Part shown: positions 25,671 through 39,539 of the stretch, one piece after another | Position numbering within the stretch: position 1 is the first letter of the stretch | Layout of the letters: each line of letters starts with the position of its first letter | DNA from: Octopus vulgaris | Lineage: Eukaryota | DNA length: 64,000 bases | Assembly (NCBI GenBank): GCA_951406725.2 | Contig: OX597823.1 | Coordinates: 64,914,001 to 64,978,000 of the forward strand | Direction: 5' to 3' | The notes under the pieces: model-generated | Databases searched by the model: none | What the model saw: only the letters and a program-made list of their open reading frames with translations | What the model was told of the DNA's origin: nothing | Translations under genes and position numbers: made by a program

Positions 25671-26269
25671 ATCACCCCTTCCTTCCTTATTCATCTATCC
25701 CCCCTTCCTTTCTCATTCATATGTTGTGACAAAGATATACACAAGAGTATCATTATAGTAGATTCTTTTACCTGTCTCAGTCATTGAACTGCAATTATGA
25801 TGATAGACTGTCTTGAAGCTCTAGGACTTAAGTTCTTTAAAGTCTGACAGTGAGTATTTACTATATTGGTCTTTTCTGATCAAACTTATAAGTTAAAGGG
25901 ATGTAAATGAACCGACACCAGTTGTCAAACATTACAACACAAAGTGAAACACACACACAGATAGATACTTGTATGTATGATTGTCTGTGTGTATGTACAT
26001 ATATGTGTGTGTGTGTGTACGTGTGTGTACATATAATTATATGTATATACACACAAATCTATAGGCATATAAGCATACACAGTGCACACGCACACACATG
26101 CATATACATACACACATGCATATGACAAAGCATTGGTTGGTCCCAAACTAGGTGCTTATGAAGTGAATGTCTTAAATGCCTAGCCATTTGTGTACATATG
26201 GATATTGGTTACACGCACACACACACGCATATATATGTATAGGCATACATACACATATACATATATATA

Positions 26270-26636
26270 CTCTTTTTTACTCTTTTACTTGTTTCAGTCA
26301 TTTGACTGCGGCCATGCTGGAGCACCACCTTTAATCAAGCAACTCAACCCCGGGACTTATTCTTTTGTAAGCTTATTCTATCGGTCTCTTTTGCTGAACC
26401 GCTAAGTAACGGGGACATAAACACACCAGCATCGGTTGTCAAGCAATGCTAGGGGGACAAACACAGACACACAAACACACACACGCATATATAAATATAT
26501 ACATATATACGACGGGCTTCTTTCAGTTTCCGTCTACCAAATCCACTCACAAGGCTTTGGTCAGCCTGAGGCTATAGTAGAAGACACTTGCCCAAGGTGC
26601 CACGCAGTGGGACTGAACCCAGAACCATGTGGTTGG
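26270..26636 (-). mobile_element. SINE family A, 5'-truncated, abutting a ~490-bp TA-rich microsatellite
   Basis: Reverse-complement tail and head. (TA)/(TACA) tract at 26637-27122. Confidence 0.9.
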
Positions 26637-26695
26637 TATATGTATACATACATATATGTATATATGTATATATAGACATACATATATATACACAC

Positions 26696-26740
<45 letters not shown>

Positions 26741-27070
26741 TATATCTATATATATATATATACACATATACATATATATACGTGTATATATATGCATATA
26801 TATTTATGTGTATTGGTTATATATCTATACATATACATATATATGTGCATGTGTGTGAGTGTGTATGAATATATTACTCTCTCTCTTTGTTTCTCTCTCT
26901 CTATACATATACATATATATATATATCCATACATACATATATACATGCACATATACATACACACATGAATGTAGATATACATGCATACATACATATATAT
27001 TCATTTACATATATATGTCTATGTATGTATGTATATATACATACAAACACATATACATACATATATATTT

Positions 27071-27124
<54 letters not shown>

Positions 27125-27484
27125 ACACGTACTCTCATACTGTTACAATATATAAAAAGTGCCCATTAACCTTTCCTCGTGTCTAATGGAATATATTACA
27201 ATTGTATGCACAAGAGACAGTTGAACGGAGATAATGAAATATTGCAAGTAGGAGATCTATATATTAACTCTTCTTTCCTAATCACCTTCTGCTCTCTTCT
27301 GGCTGGACTGAACTGTGTAGAAACTTTTGTCTCATGGCAGTCCTGTCTATTAATATTTTGCTACTCCATGCAGCACATGTGAGTGATGGCGAGCAGAATT
27401 CCTCAGGACGTATTCAATATCTCATTGAAAAATTTTAAAAAGCAAAATTATCATCCGCTTCTTCAATATCGTCTTCTGATTCTT

Positions 27485-28060
27485 CATCATCATCATCATC
27501 ATCATCATCGTCATCGTCACCATTCATCTCCCTTCTCCCCCACCTCCTTCTGTTCCTCCTTTCCTTCTTGTTCTTTTGCCTCTTCTTACCCTCCTCCTTT
27601 TTCCTCCTCTTCTTCTTCCTCTTCTCCTTTTTTCCCTCCTCTTCTTCGTCCTTTGCCTCTTCTGCTTCCCCCTTGCCTTCCTCCTCCCTTTCCTTCTTTT
27701 CTTCTTCCTTCTCCTTTTCTGCCTTTTCTTCTCCTTCTGCCTCTTCTTACCCGCCTCCTTTTTTCCTCCTCCTCTTCTTCTTCCTTTGCCTCTTCTGCTG
27801 CCTCCTCACCCCCTCCTTTTCCTCCTTTTCTTCTTTCTCTGCCTCTTCTGCTTCCTCCTCACCCTCCTTCTCCTTTACCTCCTTTTCTTTTTCCTCTGCC
27901 CCTTCTCCTTCCTCCTCCTCTTTTTCCTCCTTTCCTTCTTCTGCCTCTTCTTACCCTCCTCCTTTTTTCCCCCTCTTCTTCTTCCTCTGCCTCTTCTGCT
28001 TCCTCATCGTCCTCCTCCTCCTTTTTCCCCTCCTTTTCTTCTTCCTCTGCCTCTTCTTCA
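27485..28060. repeat. (CAT)n followed by a ~540-bp polypyrimidine (CCT/CTT) tract with higher-order repeats
   Basis: gcctcttcttaccc(t/g)cctcctttt recurs at about 27578, 27740 and 27943. Confidence 0.9.
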
Positions 28061-28614
28061 CTTTGCAAAGTTCAGTAGACATGAAGCATGAAGAATCTAA
28101 CATGTGGTTCAGTGGTTAGGGTACTCAGCTCTCTGTCATAAGGCCACGAGGTCAATTCCTGGTGGTGTGTTGTATCCTTGAGCAAGACACTTTATTTCAC
28201 ATTGCTCCAGTCCAATCTGCTGGCAAAAATAAGTTGTACTTGTAATTCAAAGGGTCAGCCTCTTCATACTCTCTGTCATGCTGAATCCTCCTGAGGATCA
28301 TGCCTGTTGAATACTCAACCATTTGCACATTAATTGCTTGAGTAAGCTGTTCTGTTGATAAGATTAACTGGAGCCCTTAGTATTATAACCGGTGGAGTGT
28401 CAGTATAGAGTGTAGCATTTCAGCTCACTGTCCCCAGTGGCACAGCTAACAGGGGAGCAATTGGGGTGATTGCTCTTCCTGAGCACATTTTCCAAAATTG
28501 GCACCTTTCCAAGAACTTATTTTAACTCTTTAGTTACCTATATCAGTAGTTGTAAGTCTCATACTTAAAGACATTGTTACTGAAACATGAAATTAATGAA
28601 TGCAGAATTGTTGT

Positions 28615-29120
28615 GACCCCCTTCGGTCATGAATGGTCATGGGATTGTACCTACAAAGTTACCCTCCAAGGCACAAGTCTGAGCAAGGTTGTTTATGGAA
28701 GACCAGCAGTTGCCTATGCATACCAGCCTGCCCTCTTCACATCACCGATGTTATCCAAGGCAAAAGCAAAGGTTGATACAGCTTGGCACCAGTGACATCG
28801 CAGCTCATCTATTAACGTGCAAGTGGCCGAGCATTTCACAGACATGTGCACCCTTAACATAGTTCTCAGGGGGATTCAGCGTGACACAGAGTGTGACAAG
28901 GCTGGCCCTTTGAAATACAGGTACAACAGAATCAGGAAGGAAGAGTGAGAGAAAGTTGTGGTGAAAGAGTACAGCAGGGTTCACCACCACCCCCTGCCGG
29001 ATCCTCATGGAGCTTTGAATGTTTTTGCTCAATAAACACTCACAATGCCCGGTCTGGGAATCGAAACCATGATCCTACGACCACGAGTCCACTGCCCTAA
29101 CCACTGGGCCATTGCACCTT
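28615..29120 (-). mobile_element. Composite of SINE family C copies
   Basis: tRNA-like head (reverse complement of gaaggtgcaatggcccagtggttaggg...gtttcgattccc) joined to two different tails. Another copy on + at 28098-28400. Confidence 0.8.
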
Positions 29121-30622
29121 CACAATGAATGCAGAATACAATTACATATATTATAACTAATGAAATATTTTGCATAATATAAAAGAAATGATTTAAAAGT
29201 TGCTTGGTATGTGTCACAGTGCCATTTTTTTATGTGCTCACACCCCCTAACTTTAGAACTTGGATATGCCTCTGTCCTTTCCCTCCATCTGAGACTGAGA
29301 AACAGAGGAAAGGGGGATGTTGTCATTTGGTCTGGAGACAAATAAATGTTATCAAGAAGCACAGTGTAACTCCAATTATCTCAGTGTCTCTGATCTTTCT
29401 GATGAAACTCAAGTACCTCTGGTTTCACTTCTTACTTCTTGATCTATACTTCTTCCATACTGAATAAATAGCACTTCTTATTTTGTAAATTTAGTGATAT
29501 AAAAGAGATAAATAAAAAAAAAGTAAGCAAATATGGTTTTTGATGCCAGCAAAACTTGATTAGAATGAAGGATGCATTTTGAGTCACCCTTTTTGACTGT
29601 AGATATCATGTTGCTCTACCTAATAGTAACACAATCTTGATATGACACACTTTCAATTCTGCTTATTTGTAGACAATTCTATTAATTTGAATTTGTTTTG
29701 TCTTTTATTTTATTTGCAATGGCTTTTTCAAATTCTGAAGAATTTACAAACTGAACAAGTTTGTTTTCTATAAATTGTTTTAAAGAAGGTAAAAAGAAGA
29801 CTTGGATAAATATGACCTTATGGGCTCACATTGACATAAAGGAATCTAAAGGCTTGGTATTTAGTGATATGTCAGTGTTAATAATGATTTTTTTTTACAT
29901 TGTACAAGTTTACATGTTTATTGAGAAAGGGCACGCTTAATTTAATCTCTCTCAATACAGTAATTCTTATTTGTATTATCTTTCAAAATGAAAGGCAAAT
30001 TTGATTCCAAATGTCATTGAATAGTAAATTAAATTTCATTCAATGACTGTACCATTCTTACCACTCGACTGCTTTATCAGTTCAAATAGTAATTAATGAT
30101 TTTTATTCATATTTCTTAACATGAATTTTCAAAATAAATACAGCATTTTAATTAATTTTTTTCAAATTTTTATTATTTTTATTTTTTCAATGCATCCTTT
30201 CCACTGCTGTAGTAAAAATGTCAATAACTAATAGAAATGATTAAATATAATTAATTTTATTTATGTAATTATTTTTCAATTTATTTTTATATTTTTATGA
30301 GAAATTGATTCAGTTTAAACGCCTAAATGTCTGATACAAGTTTTTTTAAATAGAATTATAATTGTTTAGACAATTAACCTCATCTTTAGAGATGAAACAT
30401 TTTTTTTACATATTTACATCTACACTATGTTTCAATCATATTGGTCTCCAATTAACAGTATACCTGCTTTCACGTATACCAGTACCTGAATAGAAAAAAA
30501 TATTATGAAATATTAGTTTAGCAGTAATAAAAAACAATTCTGAGTGCAAATACTCAGGTAAGCAGTATTGTTCAGTGAATAACCTTCTGTATATGTCTAG
30601 TATTTATTATATTGATCATGGA

Positions 30623-31197
30623 TTAACTCTTTAACATTCAGATTATTCTGTTAAATGTAATTTTTGTTTATTCACAGTTCTTTGAATTAAGTATGCATTA
30701 TCTCATAGCTTCAAGATTTCGATGATGCGATTGTTTGTTTTTAGAATGACATTGTAGGATAGGTGTGATAGGTGTGATAGGCCAGATGTAACTGGTTTGA
30801 ACATAAAATTTATTGAATATTTAGGCCAGATAAAAAATGGTAAAAACTCCCTTTGGTTATGAATGATCATGGGATTGCACCAAGAAAGTTACTCTCCAAG
30901 GCACAATTCTGAGCAAAGTTGTTTATGGAAGACCAGCAGTCATCCATACATAGCAATCCTCCCCCTCTCTCTCTCTCTCTATTCCACCAATGTTGTCCAA
31001 GGGAAAGGCAAAGGCTGATACAGCTTGGCACCAGTGACGTTGCAACTCATTTCCACAGCTGAGTGAACTGGAGCTATGTGAAGTAAAGTGTTTTGCTGAA
31101 GAACAACACACAGCCTGGTCTGGGAACTGAACTTGCTTCCACATGATCGTGAGCCCAACGCTCTATCCACTGAGCAGGTTTAAATGCTAAAGCATTA
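30623..31197. mobile_element. Old TTAA MITE split by a - strand family C SINE (30845-31174)
   Basis: Ends ttaactctttaacattcaga... and ...tttaaatgctaaagcattaa. Confidence 0.6.
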
Positions 31198-31489
31198 ATG
31201 ATAAACAACTGGCTCCAATGCAGTTTGAATTTAGAATGCAGTTACATACTGCTTGAACATTGTTGCCTTTCCACTGCTGTGAAACGTTGGCACTTGGTCA
31301 TGGGTTTCAAAGGTGAGGTGTACAGAATTTATTTCTTCAAACTTCACAAGAATGAAAGTTAAAGTCAATCATGATGGGATTTTAACTCAGAAGTTAAAAG
31401 AACGTATCCCCTGTAGTGCAGGAGATAGCACAGTGGACATCTAATCCAGACGTTTGTATCCCACCAGGAATGATAATTCACTTCTTCAT

Positions 31490-31871
31490 AGGTGCAGGCA
31501 TGGCTGTGTGATAAGAAGCTTACTTCCCAACCACATGTGTTCAGTGCCACTGTGTGGCACCTTGGGCTGACCAAGGCTTTGTGAGTAGACTTGGTAAACG
31601 GAAACTGAAAAGAAGCCTGTCATATAAATAATATATATATATATGTATGTATGTATATATGTTTGTGTGTCTATGCTTGTCCCCCCACCATCACTTGACA
31701 ACTGATATTGGTGTGTTTACATCCCTGTAACTTAGTGGTTTGGCAAAAGAGACCACTAGAATAAGTACTAGGCTTACAAAGAATAAATCCTGGGGTCAAT
31801 TTATTTGATAAACGCAGTGTTCCAGCATGGTCACAGTCAAATCATTGAAACAAGTATAAGAATAAAAGAAT
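31490..31871 (+). mobile_element. SINE family A, followed by a decayed family D repeat (31930-32305)
   Basis: Head and tail motifs, then gtggttggcattaggaagg. Confidence 0.8.
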
Positions 31872-32693
31872 AAATGCTACAAGATATTGATGACCAAATA
31901 TCGATGACAGTGATTCATTAAGGATTTTGTCTATGTCATGCCCATGCCAGTGTCACATACAAAATCACCCATGGTAGTACCACGTAAAAGACACCTGTGC
32001 TAGTGCCAAAAAAGAAGCACCCTTGTCAGTGCTACGTTTAGGGCACTTGTACTGGTGCCATATAAAGAACACCTGCACCAATGCCATGTATAAAGCACTC
32101 ATGTAGGTGCCATGTATGAAACACCTGGGCCAGTGCAATGTATGAAGCACCCAGTACACTCTGTACAGTGGTTGGCATTAGGAAGGACATCCAGAGGTAG
32201 AAACTGGGCCAAAACAAACAGCTGAAGTCTGGGGCAGCTCTCCAGCTTCTCTCAGAGCATCCAACCTATACCAGCTTGGAAAACGATTGTTGAATGGTGA
32301 TGGTTATGACTGATTACACACAAAGAGAACCAATAAGTCATTAATGGGGTTTGTTTCTCTATATTGTTCCAAACAATCAAGATGACTGTTACTGTTGTTT
32401 AGCTTCAGGCTATTCTCGATTGAGCTAGGCTATTGTAAAAGATATTCTAGCAATGTGAATTTCAAGCAAATGAAAAACAGAAGATGGAATGTATGAGAAT
32501 TTATTATTAATCACGACAATTGTGTCGACACATCTAGCATCGATTCCTCTTGTAGGACACTCAACAACTGGTTCAGGGGCATCTGGTGGTGCAGATATAT
32601 CTTGCTGGGTGATAAATAAATAAAAAGAATTTGGTAACATTTAATGCACAAAAGTTGAAGATTCAAAGATCTACTACTACTACTACTACTACA

Positions 32694-32752
<59 letters not shown>

Positions 32753-33344
32753 ATGATGTTGACTAGATGTTTGACTTTTATCACTATTGGTACGTGTCCT
32801 CAGGTTGCACTGGGCTCAGATTGACACTCTAAAACTCTGAACTGTTTGTATTGGAGCTTCCAGCACAAATGCCAAGCATTACAGCATGTCATTTCCAAAT
32901 TTCTGGCAGAGGAAATTGTGTCATGGTGCTGTTTTTCTCACAGATGGTGCCCAACTGACCCTACTACACTGAGTAGTCGACAGAATCAAAAACAAACAAT
33001 GCACATGTGCGAGATTAAAAATATAAAATGGTGAAAATATACCCATTTATATATGTATATAAAACAGGGATTACATTGTCTTGTGTATCCTTCTGTATGA
33101 AAGGTGTTAAGATTTAATATCTGCTATCAACACTGTTATTATTGTTTTTGCTATTACCATCATTGCTAACATTGCTGCTGCTACTTTTCTCATTATTATC
33201 ATCATTGTCGTTATCACCATCATCATCATCACCATCATGTTGTTTTTGATTGTCATCATCATTACTATTCAATGACTTCTTTTAATGCTTATTTTAATTC
33301 TCATTGTATTCGTTGCTTACACAAAAGTTGAAGATTTAAAGATC

Positions 33345-33357
33345 TACTACTACTACA

Positions 33358-33394
<37 letters not shown>

Positions 33395-33995
33395 ATAATA
33401 ATAATAATAATACTGCTGCTGCTCTCCTCCTTCCCCCCATTCCTCCTCTTCCCGTTCCTCCTCCTCCCGTTCCTCTTCCTCCTTTTCTTCTTCTTCTTCC
33501 TCCTCCTCCTCCTTTTCTTCTTCTTCCTCCTCCACCTCCTCCTTTTCTTCTTCATCCCGATCCTCCTCTTTTCTCCAGATCCTCCTCCCCTTCCACTTCA
33601 TCCCGATCTTCCTCCCGATCCTCCTCCCCTTCCTCTTCTGCCTGATCTTCCTCCTCCTCCTTCAGCCCCTCTTCTTCCTCCCTCCCTTCCTCCTCTTCCT
33701 CCGTTCCTCCTCCCCCTCCTTCTCCTCCCATTCCTCCTCCTCCTCTCCCCATTCCCCCTCTTCCTCACATTCCTCCTCCTCCTCCCATTGCTACTACTAC
33801 TGCTGCTCTGCTGCCACCAATTTGGTAACATTTAATGCACACTGTCAACAAATCTCATTTATCCTGCCATTTAATCTTCACATGCATAAACAACATAAAC
33901 AACGACACATCACCACCACCACCACCACCACCATAACCACCACCACCACCACCACAACCACCACCACCACCACCACAACCACAACCACCACCACT
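33345..33995. repeat. (CTA)n, (TAA)n, a ~360-bp CT-rich tract and (ACC)n just upstream of exon A
   Basis: Directly visible. Confidence 0.95.
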
Positions 33996-34090
33996 TCTCA
34001 TTCTACACACATGCACCACACTTACACATTTTGTGTTTTGCTATTCACTGATATTAAAATATTGTATTTCTTTTAATTTTATCTTTCCAG

Positions 34091-34219
34091 CAATACAGCT
34101 CAGTGATCAAGAACTTGTTATGGCTGCGAAATCAAAACAAATCCTCACCGTAGTCGTTGTGCCGCCTGCCCATGGAACATTTCAGTTTACCATTTCTTAC
34201 AAACTCATACTCAACGAAG
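34091..34219 (+). CDS. CFAP65: CFAP65-like internal coding exon A (129 nt, phase 1-1)
   Basis: Acceptor atctttccag|CA, donor AAG|gtattt. Encodes (A)IQLSDQELVMAAKSKQILTVVVVPPAHGTFQFTISYKLILNE, resembling my recollection of CFAP65 ALQLDRTEGSMPPRS...YSWTITYSL. Joins in frame to the next exon (G|AT=Asp). Confidence 0.85.
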
Positions 34220-34515
34220 GTATTTCATGCACCATTGGACACTAGACACATTTGTATGTACTTGTGTATATTTGTGCATACATATGTACGTATATATGTG
34301 TGTGTGTGTCTGTGTGTGTCAGTGTGTATACATATATGTCTATGCACACACACACACACACATATATCCATATATATATGTATATATGTATATATATACA
34401 TATTCAGTGTACTTATATATACACGTGTGTGTATTCATGTATATAGATAAATATATATATATATATATATGTGTATATAAACATACATGTACATATATAT
34501 ATGTATATCTATATC

Positions 34516-34549
<34 letters not shown>

Positions 34550-35009
34550 CACATATATATATAATACACACATACAGTCACACACACACATACACACATA
34601 CACACACAAACATGTATACATGCATTTTCTTACTGGTGCAAAAAAATTGCTTGTAAAAGAGAAAAGATAGAACTCAGCATGAGATGTAAATAAAATTTAT
34701 ATCTTTTATTGAAAGCTGGAATTTTCCAGTCACACTTCTCTGAGATTTACATTTCCAATTTTCTGAACTTCTCAATATATGATTCCTTTCTTTAAGGGCA
34801 AATCTGTTTTTTTTTTTTTTTTTTTTGGCAGTTGTTAATTCTCCATCTTCATTAGACATTTGATTGCAATATTTGTCTACTGAAGTTCTCAATGTCATTA
34901 GACATGCTTTTTTGTGCAGCAGTTTTCCTTATCTTACTTTTTTTTAATGTGTTGACCATGTTGAATATATTAAATTTATGACATTTTTTAATGTTTTTTT
35001 CATTTAGAG

Positions 35010-35224
35010 CAGTCGTTCTCAACCATTTTTTACTTATGGACCCCATTGTCATTTTTTTTTAACAATACTATTATATTTTCCTAATTAAATATGAATAGTA
35101 TAAAAAAATTTTCAAAACATTTTGTATATTGTAGAAGTATTACCAATTTATTGCCTGTAAATGTTAACCACAAAATCTTTTATGAACCTGCAAGGGCCTT
35201 ACAGACCCTGGTTGCGAACCACTG
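35010..35224. mobile_element. hAT-like MITE
   Basis: TIRs cagtcgttctcaacc / ggttgcgaaccactg. 8-bp TSD atttagag / atttagat. Confidence 0.8.
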
Positions 35225-35329
35225 ATTTAGATTACTTTATAACATAGGATATTACTCCAATGTTTTGTGATGGGTTATACCATATAACATTTCCTTTTTA
35301 CTTTTTTTTTGAGGCAAAGTAGGGCTGTT

Positions 35330-35480
35330 TCTAGATGGTGTGGCAAGGTTTTCATTCTTTCTTGGTTGTGCAATATTATGGTACTCTACAGCCTTATTGA
35401 ATATGACTTTGTTGGAGGATAATGTGCTTATCCCTTTTCTGATGATCAGTAGAACATGCTTGATGACACTGGGTGTAATG
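35330..35480 (-). mobile_element. Penelope-like retrotransposon RT C-terminal remnant
   Basis: ORF 35252-35542 contains TPSVIKHVLLIIRKGISTLSSNKVIFNKAVEYHN, resembling the recalled PLE motif HPPSIIKxIPxxIxxRISxLSSNxxIFNxAxxYYN. Confidence 0.7.
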
Positions 35481-35734
35481 CGGAGGTCTATGCTTTCTTG
35501 AAGAGCCCCTCTGAGTTTGAGTTTGGCAAAGCATGACATCAAGAAAGTTTACTACTATGCAGCTCACAGCAAGCTTCAGACAGAATTTATATTAATATTG
35601 TATTTGTTTCTTGAGAGTACCAATCATTTATTCATTTTCATTGTTTGAAATAATACTGTATAATACGATTTTTGTTCTTGGAAAGCAATTGTTATTTCCT
35701 ATTTGCTTACCCCTAGAAAGTAGGGAAATTGGCT

Positions 35735-36680
35735 AATATTTCCTTCAAACTTACCTCTTGTTATGATATTTATTGAAACCCCAGAGAATTGCTCTCAACA
35801 GATGACAATGATGCTCTCCCACTACTCCTACTCATGATCAAAGACACATATTGTCAGCCACTAAAAGACCTCCTCAAGTGGTCATGGTTAAGCAACTGAC
35901 AAGCAAATCTGTAGTATTGAGCAGAATATTTGCTATAATGATATTTCTGCTTTAACAACTCCACACTGAATCAGTCCAAAACGTAATGGAAAGTATGAAA
36001 ATGGGTAATATTTCCTTTAAATTTTGCTTTTGTTACATTTATTCAAGCCCCCAAAGAATCCCTCTCAGCACATGACTATGATGCTCCCCAACTACTCTTG
36101 CTCATGATCAGAAATACTCATATTGTCAACCACTAAAGGACATGCTCAAGTGGTTACAGTCAAGCAACTGATGAACAAATCTGGTATTGTGCAGAATATT
36201 TGCTATAACAGTATTACTTATTTCTTTATTGCCCACAAGGGGATAAACATAGAGGGGACAAACAAGGATAGACAAAGGAATTAAGTCAATTACATCTACC
36301 CCAGCACGTAACTGGTACTTAGTTTATCAACCCCGAAAGGATGAAAAGCAAAGTCAACCTCGGCGGAATTTGAACTCAGAACGTAATACCGCTAAATACC
36401 TATTTCTTTACAACCCACAAGGGGCTAAACACAGAGAGGACAAACAAGGACAGACAAACGGATTAAGTCGATTATATCGACCCCAGTGCATAACTGGTAC
36501 TTATTTAATCGACCCCGAAAGGATGAAAGACAAAGTCGACCTCGGCGGAATTTGAACTCAGAACATAGCGGCAGGCGAAATACCGCTAAGCATTTCACCC
36601 AGCGTGCTAACAATTCTGCCAGCTCGCCACCTTAACAATATTTCTGCTTCATTGAATCTGTCGGAAATGAAATGGAAAAC
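35735..36680. repeat. Diverged ~272-bp tandem dimer, second unit interrupted by a - strand family B SINE dimer (36215-36633)
   Basis: atgatgctc...actactc...ctcatgatca...catattgtca...aagcaactga...gcagaatatttgctataa occurs twice. The SINE is flanked by taaca(g/a)tatt. Confidence 0.8.
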
Positions 36681-37824
36681 AATTCAGTTATAAAACACTG
36701 ATGTCCAGGTTAAACAAGCAAAAGTTTGAAAGAAATAGCAGTCATTTCCTTTGATTTCTAGATAGATACAAATAGGAAATAACACCTACTGAACAAAGAC
36801 GAAAGAAATAAAAGTTTTGTTACATAGGGTAATGACTGTATGCTAATACCTTTAAAAGATCTGCTCACATGATTGAGCAGGAAAAAAAAACCTATCAACT
36901 CATGTCATTTAGTCCCATTAAAGCTCCCCTGTACTGTCGTTGCAATCACTCATTCTGATCTTCTTAATTCAGCAAGCATCTTTATAAAAAGATACCATGT
37001 TCTGGCATTCATACTAACCTGCAGTTTGTTTGCACGATGTCACTGTATTTCCTTGTGAAACCCTTGGAGTTTTAAAGAGGATTACCTCACGTGAATGGAT
37101 AATAATCAATAGCATTAAATCAGATAAATTTGTAGGTTTTAAAATTTCAAAAAAATCATGTGAGGAATATTGAAATTCCAAGATCACTTCGTTACAGTGT
37201 GTACTTTAAGATTGTTTAACTACCTCTGTCGCAATTCATTGTGGCAAGATTGTTGGGTCTACATTTGGATGAGATTTTTTTATTTATCATTTTTTTTTTT
37301 TTTTTGACATTCAGATCTCTGATGGTGAAGCATTTAAGTTCATCTTGGAAGTCCTGTGACAATCTTTTGCTGATTTCATTGCTTGTGTTCTTGCTGGTTG
37401 TTTTGTTTGACTTGCTAAAACTGATCCATAAAATGCTAAAGGCTATTAATTGGCAAGGGGGAATTTATGTGCTAAGTTCTTTATTTTACATATGTGCTAG
37501 CTGTCATTGACAGCTGAGACAGAGAACAAGACTATCATACATCCATCTTTGCCAGCACAAACCACACATACGCAAAGACAGAAGAATATATTTACATATG
37601 TATATATATATAACTACATGCACAGTCATACACCCATATACATTGTAACCTGAACCAACAAGAAATCAAGTTTACAGGATAAATATATTTACTACTTGAA
37701 GTTTCAACAGTTGAATAAACATGGCAATGTTCAGAATTATCATGTTCAATAGGATTTACCAGGCAAATGCAATGAGATATTACTTCCATAGAGCTACCAT
37801 TAAAATAGGTGGCTTATCCCTGCC

Positions 37825-38110
37825 ATCATCATCATTATCATTTAACGTCTGCTTTCCATGCTAGCATGGGTTGAACGATTTGACTGAGGGCTGGTAAACC
37901 AGATGGCTGCACCAGGCTTCAATCTTGATCTGGCAGAGTTTCTACTTTTGGATGCCCTTCCTAGCACCAACCACTCCGGGAGCATAGTGGATGCTTTTAC
38001 ATGCCACTGGCACAGGGTCAGTCAGGTGGTACTGGCAACGACCTCGCTCAAATCTTTTACACATGCTACCGGCACAGGTGCCAGTAAGGCGATGCTGGTA
38101 GCGATCGCAC
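37825..38110 (-). mobile_element. Family D RTE-tailed repeat
   Basis: (atc)n tttaacgtctgctttccatgctagcatggg... ggatgcccttcct. Confidence 0.8.
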
Positions 38111-38516
38111 TCAAATTAAAATGCATTACATTTGAATAATCATAATATATTAGCAAAGTGTTATAACATTTTCATAGTGCTGCTTAAAATGCTTCGTGTA
38201 AGCTGCTATTTCTTACATTTTGAACAACCACATAGAGGCTCATTGACTTCTAGTTATTGTTGTTGTTTTAGGTGTTAAGAGAGTTACGTAGGTAATGGCA
38301 AGATAAGTTAATATAGACTCTGGCAATATCATTTAGATGGTAGAGATAATTAGTAAGCATCGCAGAAGATAAGCCAATAATTTGATGACAAACAATAAAT
38401 ATAAACAATGGCAAGGAACGAGAAACTATCAATTTCTGTCTTTGATATTTGAGATAATATTTGTATGTTTATGTGACCTCTCTACTGTCCAAATATATAA
38501 TAAAATTATAAACAAA

Positions 38517-38519
<3 letters not shown>

Positions 38520-38554
<35 letters not shown>

Positions 38555-38581
38555 TGCATAGATATGTGTGTGTATGTGTAC

Positions 38582-38664
<83 letters not shown>

Positions 38665-38724
38665 TATATAAATATGTATATATATATATAAACACATACC
38701 ACACACATTTGTGTGTATGTATAA

Positions 38725-38816
<92 letters not shown>

Positions 38817-38865
38817 CATATATATATGTATATGTAAAAATGTTTGTGTGTTTATAAGTATATGT

Positions 38866-38898
<33 letters not shown>

Positions 38899-38975
38899 CA
38901 GATACATATATATATACACCCTCTCTCTCTCTTTCCTACAACTCCCTCACATGCCATGTATCTCTCTCTCTCTCT

Positions 38976-39032
<57 letters not shown>

Positions 39033-39055
39033 CATATACATATATATGTACATAT
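38520..39055. repeat. Cluster of long (TA)n tracts
   Basis: Several (TA)n runs of 30-80 bp. Confidence 0.95.
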
Positions 39056-39539
39056 ACTGTTAAATTGTCTTGTCATTTGAAGATGAATGGGGTATTTAGT
39101 TGGCAGAATCAGTAGTAAACTGGTTAAATGCTTATAATTTTAGCCAATCAAGGGCCCTCTTTTCTGTTCCTTGGATTATTAGGAAAAGCAATGCAATAAA
39201 TTACTATGAGTAGCAGTGTTCTACCATCTTTAATAAGAAAGGCAGATTGTGTGATGTGGTTCCAGATATCCCTAAACTGACAGACTGGTAATGGCTGGTA
39301 TACCTTAACTCACAAATCAGTTTGGTTGTCATGGGTACCAACCATCATCAGTGCTACATACAACAGCATATAATCGACTGCTTTGTGCTTTAGTCTGAGA
39401 CCAAATTTATCTTTCATTTCCTCTGTGTATATTAATTAGGTTTCATTAATATGTTGAGCTGATGTTGCTTAACATAGTTTCTAATTATTATCTATTCATC
39501 TGATCAGGCAACTTCCTCTGGCCAATGGAACTCTTTCTT

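Noticed and set aside
27383-28119. Three overlapping 170-230 aa Pro/Ser/Leu/Phe-rich ORFs
   Set aside because: A polypyrimidine tract lacks stop codons by composition.
37290-37360. Strong polypyrimidine acceptor (ttttgacattcag) inside the first intron
   Set aside because: Splicing from exon A gives an immediate stop, and there is no donor or homology. Likely cryptic.
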